Positions 29,483 to 39,590 are shown, numbered from the stretch's first letter. The stretch is 64,000 bases of DNA from Candidatus Poribacteria bacterium (GCA_965215015.1 OZ244042.1:4224001-4288000); one strand, 5' to 3'. A program made the numbers and translations. Notes: generated by a model not told the origin, from the letters alone.

Positions 29483-30360
29483 AAAGCTGGGAAGAAATTA
29501 TTGACATATTGAAGAAAAAACTGGTTTCTTTGGGAGATGTGACAATAACACCGGCCGTTTTGATAACGGTTGTATTTATTATGTTAGCGTCGTTTGGGGT
29601 ATCGTGCTTGCTACGGCGTATGTTGCGGCGCAATGTGTTTAGACGGACGCACCTAAATATAGGTGCACAGGAGACCATCTGCCGTATATTACACTATACA
29701 ATAATGTTATTAGGCATGTTTATTGCCATACAACAGATTGGGGTGGATCTGACAACCTTGGCTGCGATAAGTGCAGTATTGATGGTTGGAATCGGTCTGG
29801 GGTTGCAAAATATTACTAGTAATTTCATTAGTGCGCTCATCCTATTATTTGAGCGTCCCGTGCAGGTGGGCGATTTTGTTGAGGTCGGCGGTGTACAAGG
29901 CCGTATTCGTGCGATAAAGACACGTAGCTCAATCGTTGAAACGCTAGACAATGTGTCTATTATTGTGCCCAATTTAAACTTCATATCTGAAAATGTAACG
30001 AACTGGAGCTATCGGGATTCAAAAGTGCGTATTCATATATCTGTCGGCGTCTCTTACGGTTCAGATGTTGACTTGGTCGCAAATACCTTGTTACAGGTAG
30101 GACGTGCCCATCCAGAAGTGTTACTCAATCCCGAACCGAGCGTACAGTTTTTGGAATTTGGCGACAGTTCACTTAATTTTGATTTGCTGGTCTGGATCAA
30201 TGACGCGTCTCATCAGTATTTTGTAAAAAGTGCTCTGAATTTTGCTATCGTAAAAGCATTTCGAGAACAAGGCATTACTATTCCGTTTCCACAGCGAGAT
30301 TTACACATCCAAAATGCGGTGCCATTTGAGTTTAGCCAAAGAGATTTGAACAAATCATGA
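29479..30360 (+). CDS. Mechanosensitive channel MscS family (MscK-like C-terminal part)
   Basis: GIGLGLQNITSNFISA, FERPVQVGD, VGVSYGSD and IPFPQRDLH. GTGA overlap with the upstream gene. Confidence 0.9.
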   Translation: MKSWEEIIDILKKKLVSLGDVTITPAVLITVVFIMLASFGVSCLLRRMLRRNVFRRTHLNIGAQETICRILHYTIMLLGMFIAIQQIGVDLTTLAAISAVLMVGIGLGLQNITSNFISALILLFERPVQVGDFVEVGGVQGRIRAIKTRSSIVETLDNVSIIVPNLNFISENVTNWSYRDSKVRIHISVGVSYGSDVDLVANTLLQVGRAHPEVLLNPEPSVQFLEFGDSSLNFDLLVWINDASHQYFVKSALNFAIVKAFREQGITIPFPQRDLHIQNAVPFEFSQRDLNKS

Positions 30361-30378
30361 AAGTTAGCGTCCTCCACT

Positions 30379-31557
30379 ATGACTGAAGTTGGTTTAAGCG
30401 TTTTATTCAGAGAACGATTGGGACTTGTTGAGGGCCAATCTATCGGGTTAATCACTAACCAAACTGGAGTGGATCCACAGTTTCGGAGCAACCTAACATT
30501 GTTCGCTGAACACCCAAAAGTTCAGCTTGCCGCACTCTTTAGCCCGGAACACGGTATATCGGGGAGTGCCCAAGCTGCAATCCATATCCCCTCCACCGTT
30601 GACAAGGGACAGCAGATCCCGATCCACAGTCTTTATGGAGAGACCCGGCAACCCACGCCGGAGATGCTCGCTGGAATTGATGTGTTGGTATACGATATCC
30701 AAGATGTCGGCTCCCGTTTTTACACCTATATTTCGACGCTGCTTCGATCGATGCGCGCAGCTGCAGCCAACAATGTGGACTTTATCGTTCTTGATCGTCC
30801 GAACCCGATTCGCGGTGATCGCGTTGAGGGAAACCAAATTCAACCGGCATTCCGATCCTTTATTGGGGAGCCCCCGCTTACAATCCGACACGGCATGACC
30901 GTCGGTGAACTCGCACAATTTTTCAAGGCAGAGCTCGATTCAACCCTCCCGTCCCGACCGCATCGGGATTCAAGTCAATTTGGGGTCGTTCCAATGTGCG
31001 CTTGGCGGCGATCGATGTGGTACGATCAGACCGGGCTGCCGTGGGTGCCGCCCTCACCGAACATGCCGACTGTCGAGACCGCAACGCTGTATCCCGGTAC
31101 CTGCCTAATCGAAGGCATAAACCTGTCCGAGGGACGCGGTACGACCAAACCGTTTGAGTGGGTAGGTGCACCGTGGATCAATCCAGAGAAATGGGCAGAT
31201 ACGCTCAACAATATAGACCTGCCCGGCACCCACTTCCGTCCAATTCACTTCACTCCTACTTTTTCCAAATACACAGATCAAGCGTGTCACGGTGTGCAGG
31301 TGCATGTCACGGATCGAGACCAATTCAAACCTGTCGAGGTTGCTCTGCATCTCATCGCAACAGTGCGGCGCGGCTATCCGGATCAATTTGAGTTTATAGA
31401 GAATAGGGGGCGGTACTTCTTCGATCTCTTGGCTGGAACTGATCAATTACGGTTTAGACTCATGGCATGCGAATCACCTGCCGCAATCGTTCAGTTTTGG
31501 GAGACAGAGGTGGAGAAATTCACTGAGCAGTGCCAGCCATACCTACTTTACGATTGA
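30379..31557 (+). CDS. namZ: Exo-beta-N-acetylmuramidase NamZ (DUF1343)
   Basis: TNQTG, FSPEHG, DIQDVGSRFYTY, DRPNP, RHGMTVGE, PSPNMP and SEGRGT. Confidence 0.9.
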   Translation: MTEVGLSVLFRERLGLVEGQSIGLITNQTGVDPQFRSNLTLFAEHPKVQLAALFSPEHGISGSAQAAIHIPSTVDKGQQIPIHSLYGETRQPTPEMLAGIDVLVYDIQDVGSRFYTYISTLLRSMRAAAANNVDFIVLDRPNPIRGDRVEGNQIQPAFRSFIGEPPLTIRHGMTVGELAQFFKAELDSTLPSRPHRDSSQFGVVPMCAWRRSMWYDQTGLPWVPPSPNMPTVETATLYPGTCLIEGINLSEGRGTTKPFEWVGAPWINPEKWADTLNNIDLPGTHFRPIHFTPTFSKYTDQACHGVQVHVTDRDQFKPVEVALHLIATVRRGYPDQFEFIENRGRYFFDLLAGTDQLRFRLMACESPAAIVQFWETEVEKFTEQCQPYLLYD

Positions 31558-31560
31558 GCC

Positions 31561-31832
31561 CGTAGGTTGGGTTGAACGGGAATTCATAAAAAATTACACG
31601 CAGAAGACAGGCTTTTGAGGCTTCATATTGCTAGGGCTTACACAGTTGAATGTTCAAAACCTTGTAGTTCAACGATTCATCACCGTAGAACACAATTTTC
31701 AACGCCTGATGAATCGGGGGCTACAGCGGGTACCCCATCACGAATCCCGTAGGGCACACCGATTGGTGTGCCCTACGGGAGTGCGTAACTCCTAATTACT
31801 TGAAATTTCCAAAATACGAGTGAAACCCAACA
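31561..31832. repeat. REP-like element (GTAGGTTGGGTTGAACG...GTGAAACCCAACA) interrupted by a family A MITE
   Basis: The two halves flank the 31632-31794 element. An uninterrupted short variant occurs near 17480-17512. Confidence 0.5.
31632..31794. mobile_element. MITE-like element, family A, with internal 16-bp hairpin
   Basis: Ends TAGGGCTTACACAGTTGAA / GTGCGTAACTCCTA. Perfect stem TCCCGTAGGGCACACC-GATT-GGTGTGCCCTACGGGA at 31745-31780. Confidence 0.6.
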
Positions 31833-31882
31833 AACGCTTTGTCTGGATTGGCCATTCGCGCAAATAGATGAGGCTTACGACA

Positions 31883-33070
31883 ATGAAATCCTTCCATCAA
31901 CTTATCCAAAAAGGGACGAAAAAAGTCATCGGGTTAATGTCCGGCACCTCTGTCGATGGTGTTGATGCTGCCCTCGTCGAAATACGAGGACACGGTTTAG
32001 AGACGCAGGTTGAACTGCTCGCATTCCATTCGCACCCCTTTGAGGTAGAAGCCCGAGATCGCATCTTTGATCTCTTTCAGCCAGAGACAAGCCGTGTTGA
32101 CGAGCTCTGTCAGATGAACTTTCTCATCGGGGAGGTTTTTGCAGATGCAGCACTATCGGTCATTCGCGATGCCCAGTTGAAGGTGAGGGAAATAGATTTA
32201 ATCGGCTCACACGGGCAGACGGTCTATCACCTGCCCCCTCAAATAGACGCGCAGTACGTTCCATCAACATTGCAACTCGGTGAGCCGGCGGTCATTGCAC
32301 ACCGTACAGGCATCCCGACGATAGCGAACTTCAGGGTTGCTGATCTCGCAGCGGGTGGACAGGGTGCACCGCTAGTGCCGTACGTTGATTTTCTGCTGTT
32401 TCAGCAGGCGGATCGGACAGTTGCCCTGCAAAATATCGGGGGTATTTCCAATGTCACACTCATACCCGCGGGGGCATCGGGTTCCGATGTCCTTGCCGCC
32501 GACACGGGGCCGGGGAACATGATTATCGATTCAGTTATGGAAATTCTCTCAGATGGAAAGGAGATGTATGATAACGCGGGGCGGTTTGCTGCACAGGGGA
32601 GCGTTTGTAAATCGCTGCTAGGAGAATGGCTGCAACACCCCTTCATCAGCGCAAGTCCCCCTAAGACAACAGGACGTGAAACGTTTGGTAGGCAATTTGC
32701 ACATCAGTCACTACAGCAAACACAAGATCAGGACGTGGATGCCGCAGACTTGGTTGCCACCTTGACAGCGTTTACGGCACAAAGCATCTTTGACTACTAT
32801 CGTAGGTTCCTATTCCCCCACTATTCCGTCGATGAAGTCTATATCAGCGGGGGAGGCAGTCATAATCTCACCTTAATGCGACACCTGAAGACACTGTTCC
32901 AACCAATCCCGCTCCTGCCCATTGATTCCATCGGTTTCTCAAGCGATGCAAAGGAAGCGGTTGCCTTTGCTGTTCTCGCCAACGAAGCGATTCATGGGCA
33001 TCCGACGAACCTGCCACAGGTCACAGGGGCATCACAACCGATGGTTCTTGGAACATTTTCTCCCGCTTGA
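31883..33070 (+). CDS. anmK: Anhydro-N-acetylmuramic acid kinase
   Basis: IGLMSGTSVDGVD, GSHGQT, GGQGAPL, NIGGISN, DTGPGN, PKTTGRE and KEAVAFA. Confidence 0.95.
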   Translation: MKSFHQLIQKGTKKVIGLMSGTSVDGVDAALVEIRGHGLETQVELLAFHSHPFEVEARDRIFDLFQPETSRVDELCQMNFLIGEVFADAALSVIRDAQLKVREIDLIGSHGQTVYHLPPQIDAQYVPSTLQLGEPAVIAHRTGIPTIANFRVADLAAGGQGAPLVPYVDFLLFQQADRTVALQNIGGISNVTLIPAGASGSDVLAADTGPGNMIIDSVMEILSDGKEMYDNAGRFAAQGSVCKSLLGEWLQHPFISASPPKTTGRETFGRQFAHQSLQQTQDQDVDAADLVATLTAFTAQSIFDYYRRFLFPHYSVDEVYISGGGSHNLTLMRHLKTLFQPIPLLPIDSIGFSSDAKEAVAFAVLANEAIHGHPTNLPQVTGASQPMVLGTFSPA

Positions 33071-33090
33071 AGTCGTAAGACCGACAGCAA

Positions 33091-33127
33091 AGAACCCGAG
33101 TTTTTTTTTCGGAAAAACTCGGGTTCT
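33091..33127. repeat. Palindromic repeat, likely terminator between convergent genes
   Basis: AGAACCCGAGTTTTT...AAAAACTCGGGTTCT. The same core occurs at 42321-42353. Confidence 0.6.
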
Positions 33128-33310
33128 CTTCGTGCTTTGCACGTTCTTTTTCAGTGAGCCCCGTAGATCGGGCTTCCTAGCCCGACTGTACCAGTTCTAA
33201 CCTATACATTTCCAGACAAATCTGAGATGCAAGGGTGGGGATGGAAGTTCATTCTTCCAATCTTCCAACCTATACAATGTATGCTTATCAAAATTCTTAA
33301 CTACTGTCCT

Positions 33311-34204
33311 TTAACCTCTACCGGGGAAAGTCAGTTCAGCAACGCCAGATTTATCTAACTCTCCTTTGTCAAGTTCAATCATTCTGTCATACTGATTCTT
33401 GGTCGCTTCGGCGAGTGGGAGGTTCAATCCAGCAGCGTTAGCGAGATCAAGCGCGATTCCCGAATCCTTCGACGCATGTGCTGCAGAGAAGTAACATTCA
33501 TGATCTCGATTCTCCATATCTTCGCCATCGGTCTCTAGGACGCGCGAGTTTGCTCCGGTTTGGGCGAACACTTCTTGCAGCATCCCCAAATCCAACCCAA
33601 GTGCAGCACCAAGTCCAAGCCCTTCCGCCAAGCCTGCGGTATTGATGTTCATCACCATATTCACAAGGGCTTTAACTTGGGCAGCGCGTCCCGCTTCACC
33701 GATGTAGCGGAGAGAGACGCTCATTGAATCAAGAATCGGTTTGGCGTCGTTGAAGATGTCCTCTTTCCCACCGCACATCAGATACAGCGTGCCTTCTCGT
33801 GCTTGGGTGATACTGCTCGCCATGCAGCCCTCAAGGCTCGATGCACTGTGCTTCTCTACTAACTGTTCGACATCCACATGTACCTGCGGCGAGATTGTCG
33901 CACAATTGATAAATGTCGTTCCGCTCGCATCTTTAAGCAGGCTATCATCCGCATCTTCTGAGAAGATCTGCCGCATCGCATTGTCGTCCGTAACAACGGT
34001 GATGATGTAATCCGCAAGTTCCGTCACTCGTGCTAGCTGATCCGTTGCCTCTGCACCAATCTCTTCGCCGAGCGATGTCGCACGCTCTCCATTTACATCG
34101 TAAACAGAGACAACCGAAAATCCTTCATCATTCAAGTGGCGTGCAATGTTTGCTCCCATCCTGCCCACGCCCACAACGCCGATTTTGTAATCTGAGTTTG
34201 CCAT
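33311..34204 (-). CDS. NAD(P)-dependent oxidoreductase (3-hydroxyisobutyrate/6-phosphogluconate dehydrogenase family)
   Basis: GVVGVGRMG, catalytic Lys in VKALVN, and KDSGIA. Confidence 0.85.
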   Translation of the reverse strand: MANSDYKIGVVGVGRMGANIARHLNDEGFSVVSVYDVNGERATSLGEEIGAEATDQLARVTELADYIITVVTDDNAMRQIFSEDADDSLLKDASGTTFINCATISPQVHVDVEQLVEKHSASSLEGCMASSITQAREGTLYLMCGGKEDIFNDAKPILDSMSVSLRYIGEAGRAAQVKALVNMVMNINTAGLAEGLGLGAALGLDLGMLQEVFAQTGANSRVLETDGEDMENRDHECYFSAAHASKDSGIALDLANAAGLNLPLAEATKNQYDRMIELDKGELDKSGVAELTFPGRG

Positions 34205-34579
34205 GTTTTCCTCCTATCGTTTCAATTTGACTGAAAATGTTGAAGATAACTCCTAGCCTTTAGGATTGGGTACTAACAGTTAGCGTGAAACGCGGATTTA
34301 CGTTCCTCACTTCTACTGAATTTACTGTTAGTGTAATCACAAATTTTGCCATCTGGCACTCTTATAATATTTCTGTCCAATTTTGGAGTCATGGTTTCTT
34401 CCTTAATGTATCGTGCACTTTTGTCTGCTAACGAAAAAGTTCAGTTGCGATGGGGTTTATTCAAAGCCGCAATCCGGCGGTCTCCTATAAGGGTGGGTAT
34501 TGTCAAAACCAACCCCTTGTCCTCTTGAAAAAGTTTAGCGCAGTTTCACAAGCAATTACATCGAAAAAAGAAAGACTGA

Positions 34580-35842
34580 CTATGTCCGCAGCTGCCCATT
34601 CCCGTAGACAATGTACTTATAGCTCGTCAACCCCTCAAGCCCCATGGGACCCCGGCAGTGCAGCTTTTGTGTGCTGATACCGACCTCCGCACCGAGCCCA
34701 AACTCATAACCGTCGGTAAAACAGGTGCTCGCATTGACATAAACCGCCGCAGAATCAACCTCCTTGAGGAAGCGTTGCGCGGTAGTATAATTCTCCGTCA
34801 CAATAGTATCCGAGTGGTGTGAGCCGTAGGTTTCGATATGATCCACCGCTGCATCGAAGTCCGCGACAATCCGGATCGATAGGATATAGTCGAGGTATTC
34901 TGTCGTCCAATCTTCCTCGGTGGCGGGGGACAGGTCTGGACATATCGTCCGCGTCTTTTCACATCCGCGGAGTTCCACTTCTTCAGCGGCGAACTTTTCG
35001 CACATTGACGGGAGAAAATTCGGCGCAATTTTTTCGTGGACGAGCAGGGTTTCCATTGCGTTACAGACAGCGACTTTGTAACCGCTCTTTGCGTTGATAC
35101 AGATCTCCTCTGCCATTTTAATATCGGCTGCCTGATCCACATAGACGTGACAGATTCCGTCCGCGTGCCCGAGCACCGGCACCTCCGACTGTTTCATAAG
35201 GTAACGGACTAATTCATAACTTCCGCGCGGCACAATAAGGTCAATCAGGTCAGGCAGCCCAATCATTTCATAGACAGCCTGCCGATCGGTAATATTCACA
35301 AACTGGATGGCTCCCGGTATCCCCTCTCTTTCGGCAGTCTCACCCAAGATGCTGGCAAGTGCCGTGTTAGAGTGAATCGCCTCCGACCCGCCGCGTAAGA
35401 TTACGCCGTTGCCCGACTTGATACATAAGGCAGAGACTTCGACGGTGACATCTGGGCGCGATTCATAGATGACGCCAACCACTCCAATCGGAACACTCAC
35501 GCGCCCTATTTGCAGCCCGTTGGGGCGCTCCCGGATATGCGAGACCTCTCCGATTGGATCGGGCAAAGCGGCAACCTGCCTCAAATTATCTGCCATCCGT
35601 TCAATTTTCTTCTCATCTAACGCTAGTCGCTGCATCAGCGGCTCGGCAAGCTCCGTTTTTCGCCCTTCCTCCAAATCAATCTGATTAGCTTCTCGAATCT
35701 TGTCCTTGAATTTTAAGATACTATCCGCCATCGCCAGCAGTGCCCCGTTACGCACGTCAACAGAAGTTTTGGACAATCTGCGCTTGGCGGCTTTGGCGAC
35801 TTGGGCTTTTGAATGGATCATCTCCTGAATTGTTTGGCTCAT
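34580..35842 (-). CDS. proA: Glutamate-5-semialdehyde dehydrogenase
   Basis: PIGVVGVIYESRP, LRGGSEA, CNAMETLL, VDSAAVYVNAST and ISTQKLHCRGPMGL. Confidence 0.97.
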   Translation of the reverse strand: MSQTIQEMIHSKAQVAKAAKRRLSKTSVDVRNGALLAMADSILKFKDKIREANQIDLEEGRKTELAEPLMQRLALDEKKIERMADNLRQVAALPDPIGEVSHIRERPNGLQIGRVSVPIGVVGVIYESRPDVTVEVSALCIKSGNGVILRGGSEAIHSNTALASILGETAEREGIPGAIQFVNITDRQAVYEMIGLPDLIDLIVPRGSYELVRYLMKQSEVPVLGHADGICHVYVDQAADIKMAEEICINAKSGYKVAVCNAMETLLVHEKIAPNFLPSMCEKFAAEEVELRGCEKTRTICPDLSPATEEDWTTEYLDYILSIRIVADFDAAVDHIETYGSHHSDTIVTENYTTAQRFLKEVDSAAVYVNASTCFTDGYEFGLGAEVGISTQKLHCRGPMGLEGLTSYKYIVYGNGQLRT

Positions 35843-35854
35843 GAATTTTTCCCC

Positions 35855-36388
35855 TTATTGAGCTTTTAGTAGTTTTTGGAGTTCAGCAATGAGTGCCGCA
35901 AGAATTGGTTCAGACTTAGGGATTCCGTATAGTACATACCCACTAGCAATGAGTATAATAATTGTAAAAATAATCTGCGCCCTCACGTTCCAATCATTCA
36001 AAAATCTTTTCTACTGTTTTTGTTCCGCCTCAAAACATTTATCATGATTACAATCATTCTTAAGGCATAATTTAGCATCAATTTCGCTCTTATAATTATC
36101 AGCTTCCCTTTTGTCTCTATCGTTAGCACTCCATAGACCATACAGCCAAAGAACATACCAAAGCCATACGATTAAGTATATAATCAAGGACCAGGGTGGC
36201 AATTCGATCTTACCGGCAAGAAAACCAGTTATTATGACAACTCCGCTCCAGAATGTCAGAACAAAACGCCATTCAATATCCCTGCGTTTATTCCATCGCT
36301 CTATCTGAATTTTATACATTTCAATAAGTTGGCCGATCCGCTGGCTGTTTTTGTCAATAGATTGTTCGTTTTCACTGGGCATAAGCAC
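35855..36388 (-). pseudogene. Membrane protein gene with in-frame TAG at 36011-36013 (nonsense allele or readthrough)
   Basis: After the TAG the frame continues 51 codons, including a TM helix, to TAA 35855-35857 abutting the proA RBS. Confidence 0.55.
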
Positions 36389-36397
36389 ACCTTTTGT

Positions 36398-36865
36398 CTA
36401 GCTAGCGAACAAAAATCCCAGCCAAACGCCCACACCGATTAAAACGATTGCTATGCCAATAACAGCTAGCACGAGTTTCCACGTCAAAATATTTGGTACT
36501 CCTTCCTGACCTGCTTCCCAGAATACCTGTCCACCTTCCTCTTCAGTATTTTCCGCTATGGGAGTTGCTTCAGCTGGCGATTGGGAAGTTTCCGATCCAT
36601 CTCCAACGTTTTGCGTGGGATCGGTTGGGGACGTTTGTCCCTCGGAGTGCGATTCTGATTGAACGCTCGAATCATCTTGGCTCCTTCCTTCGCTAGCTGT
36701 TTCTGTCGGTTCGGAAGATTCCACAGGTGCTGTTTGATTATCGGATTTCTCTGCTGTTTCTTCCTCAGAGTCTTGTGATGCCAACTGTTTTCCCGACCAC
36801 ATCGCCTGACGTTGCGCTTTATATTTTTCCTGCAACGCCTGTTTTTCTTTTTCACTCAGCTGCAC
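36398..36865 (-). CDS. Hypothetical acidic low-complexity protein with C-terminal TM anchor
   Basis: GTG start after AGGAGG, S/E/Q/T-rich middle and hydrophobic C-terminus. Confidence 0.75.
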   Translation of the reverse strand: MQLSEKEKQALQEKYKAQRQAMWSGKQLASQDSEEETAEKSDNQTAPVESSEPTETASEGRSQDDSSVQSESHSEGQTSPTDPTQNVGDGSETSQSPAEATPIAENTEEEGGQVFWEAGQEGVPNILTWKLVLAVIGIAIVLIGVGVWLGFLFAS

Positions 36866-36903
36866 AACAATTACCTCCTGAGAAAAATTTACTCTATTCC
36901 CCG

Positions 36904-37287
36904 TTATTCGTCGGAGATTTGCTCAATTTTAACAACGGTTCCACTTTTAACCTGTCTGAATGCCTTAGGCTCACCAATTAGCTTGCCGACGACGTTAACC
37001 GGACTCGCAGGACGAATCTCCGCCCCTTGACTCATCGGGGTGGGGCCAAAGAAAATACAGAACGCTGTGCCGGGAGGCCAATAGGCGAGCTCACCCAATT
37101 CCACCACCTCTTGTGCGTTGTCTACCTCCGCTTCCACAGGGATGGAAAAGTAGATTTCGTCACCCCATGTACTGCCACGCGCCTCAATCGGCAGCGCATC
37201 CCAAATCTGCTGTGCCGTTTGCGATAGATTCAGCTCAGCGTCCATGACAATGGGTGCAGCGGTGATTCGTATCCGCCTCTGTGACAT
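36904..37287 (-). CDS. Cyclophilin-like fold protein (TM1367/DUF369 type)
   Basis: TWGDEIYF, LAYWPPG, FCIFFGPTP and PASPVNVVG. RBS GGAGGA precedes ATG 37287. Confidence 0.85.
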   Translation of the reverse strand: MSQRRIRITAAPIVMDAELNLSQTAQQIWDALPIEARGSTWGDEIYFSIPVEAEVDNAQEVVELGELAYWPPGTAFCIFFGPTPMSQGAEIRPASPVNVVGKLIGEPKAFRQVKSGTVVKIEQISDE

Positions 37288-37601
37288 AATAGTCCTCCAT
37301 GATGGGATAGGGTGAAATCTTATTTGATATTGACTTACAGGATACTTTTTGCGATAATAACCTTGGGGGCGAGTTGGTGAGACTGTCGTTTCCAGCTCGT
37401 TCAAGAGTTCGTTCATGACCCCATGAAAATTGTTTTTTTTACCTTTCATACATCATGTTTCACCCTCGGTCTTTAATTGGAGAGCGTATCAACAGTTGCA
37501 AACTAGCACCATTGGTTAATAGGTATCCAGCAAGATTCTATTCTATCATAAGCCTTTAGGGATTCTCAAGACAAAAAATAGTTCATACGGGAGGAAACAT
37601 C

Positions 37602-38336
37602 ATGCGGCTGAAGGACCGTGTTGCAATTATAACAGGCGGTGGACAAGGAATTGGTCGGGCAACCTGCCTGCTGCTTGCAAAAGAAGGTGCGAATATCGTT
37701 ATTGCGGAACATAACCCGGGGACGGCTGAAGCTGTCGGTAAGGAGGTTAAGGTACTCGGTGTGCAGTGTCTCGTCATCCAAACCGATGTCTCGGATGGCG
37801 ATTCAGTCCGCTCAATGGTGAATCAAACGATTGACGCTTTTGGACGAATCGATATTCTCGTGAATAACGCAGGTATCTTTAGTTACACACAAATCGAGGC
37901 GTGCACCGAAGAGGAATGGGACAGAATAATGGCAGTCAACCTCAAAGGACCGTTCCTCTGCTCACAGGCAGTCATCGATACAATGAAAAAACAGAAGTCC
38001 GGCAGGATTATCAGCCTCGGCTCCTTGGCCGGTCAGGTCGGCGGCCTAGTTGCATCTGCGCCGTATTCTGCATCTAAAGCGGGTGTTATGTGTCTTACGA
38101 AATCTCTAGCGCGCGCCCTCGGACCGCACAATATCACTGTCAACGCAATAGCTCCCGGCGTCGCCGCAACGGATATGACGACGAACCATCCCGATTTGAC
38201 CGCACAGATGGTGCTCGGCCGGGTTGCTGAACCGGTCGAGGTTGCCAACGCCATCCTGTTTTTGGCGTCCGACGAAGGCTCGTACGTGACAGGTTTCACG
38301 CTAAATGTGAACGGCGGGATGTTTATGTCATCTTGA
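37602..38336 (+). CDS. Short-chain dehydrogenase/reductase (FabG-like)
   Basis: TGGGQGIG, NNAG and YSASK. Confidence 0.9.
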   Translation: MRLKDRVAIITGGGQGIGRATCLLLAKEGANIVIAEHNPGTAEAVGKEVKVLGVQCLVIQTDVSDGDSVRSMVNQTIDAFGRIDILVNNAGIFSYTQIEACTEEEWDRIMAVNLKGPFLCSQAVIDTMKKQKSGRIISLGSLAGQVGGLVASAPYSASKAGVMCLTKSLARALGPHNITVNAIAPGVAATDMTTNHPDLTAQMVLGRVAEPVEVANAILFLASDEGSYVTGFTLNVNGGMFMSS

Positions 38337-38342
38337 AAGATC

Positions 38343-38371
38343 TTGAAAATCAACGACGTTTCTGATACAAT
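38343..38371 (+). promoter_or_regulatory. Putative sigma-70 promoter for dapL
   Basis: TTGAAA-17 bp-TACAAT with a TG extension. Confidence 0.55.
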
Positions 38372-38420
38372 GCCGCCAGTTTAAGAGATGGTATTTTAAC
38401 TTTAGATATGAGGAGAAAAG

Positions 38421-39590
38421 ATGCAGATTGCAAATAGACTCAAGAGGATTCCACCCTACCTGTTCATCGAATTACGGAACAAAATTAACCAAGCAATCGC
38501 CGATGGCATTGATGTCATCAGCTTGGGAATTGGCGACCCCGTTGAGCCAACCCCGCAACCGGTGATCGACGAACTCTGCCGCACTGCGGCTGACGCGGCA
38601 AACCATCGTTACCCGACGGACGAAGAGAAGGGGATGTTTGCATTTCGGAAGGAAGTTGCCGATTGGTATGCTGGCCGGTACAGCGTTGCACTGGATCCAG
38701 AGACTGAGGTGCTTGGGTTAATCGGATCTAAGGAGGGCTGCCATCATTTCATCCTCGCTGTTGTGAATCCCGGGGAGATAGTTTTGATGACGGATCCGGG
38801 CTATCCCGCATATCGTGCAAGTATCTTCATGGCTGAAGGTGAGCCTTACAACGTTCCGATCATGGGGGAAAACGACTTTCTACCCAGGCTCGCCGATATT
38901 CCGTCGGACGTCGCCAACCGGGCAACAGCGATGTTCCTGAACTACCCCAACAATCCGACAGGAGCGACCGCAACGCCTAAGTTTTTTGTGGAAGTCGTTG
39001 AATTTGCCAAAAATTACGACATCGCTGTGTGCCACGATAATCCGTACAGCGAGATAGTCTTTGAAGGCGAAGAACCTTTGAGCTTTCTTTCGACACCGGG
39101 AGCGAAGGATGTTGGCGTTGAACTCAATTCCCTGTCTAAACCGTTCAACATGACAGGATGGCGAATTGGGATGGCGATGGGGAATGCGGAATTAATCTCG
39201 GGGATGGCAAAGGTGAAAGGGAATACCGATTCGGGAATTTTCAATGCGATTCAATATGCCGGAATTACGGCTTTGACGGAATGCCGGTATAATATTGAGA
39301 AAATGATACCCATCTACACCCGCCGCCGTGAAAGAGTACTCAACACTTTTAAGGAACTCGGTTGGGATAACTATGATGCACCCAAGGGAACATTTTATCT
39401 CTGGCTGCCGACCCCTGATGGGATGAGCTCTGTAGATTTCGCAACGTTAATGTTTGAAAAAGCAGCGGTTGTGATTGCGCCGGGGGCATCTTACGGTGAG
39501 TATGGCGAAGGATATTTTCGACTGGTCTTAACCGTGCCAGATGACCGATTGGACGAGGCACTGGATCGGATAAAAAAAGCACTGAGCTGA
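38421..39590 (+). CDS. dapL: LL-diaminopimelate aminotransferase (class I/II PLP)
   Basis: IPPYLF, LGIGDP, LIGSKEG, NYPNNPTG, SLSKPFNMTGWRIG and DSGIF. Confidence 0.8.
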   Translation: MQIANRLKRIPPYLFIELRNKINQAIADGIDVISLGIGDPVEPTPQPVIDELCRTAADAANHRYPTDEEKGMFAFRKEVADWYAGRYSVALDPETEVLGLIGSKEGCHHFILAVVNPGEIVLMTDPGYPAYRASIFMAEGEPYNVPIMGENDFLPRLADIPSDVANRATAMFLNYPNNPTGATATPKFFVEVVEFAKNYDIAVCHDNPYSEIVFEGEEPLSFLSTPGAKDVGVELNSLSKPFNMTGWRIGMAMGNAELISGMAKVKGNTDSGIFNAIQYAGITALTECRYNIEKMIPIYTRRRERVLNTFKELGWDNYDAPKGTFYLWLPTPDGMSSVDFATLMFEKAAVVIAPGASYGEYGEGYFRLVLTVPDDRLDEALDRIKKALS

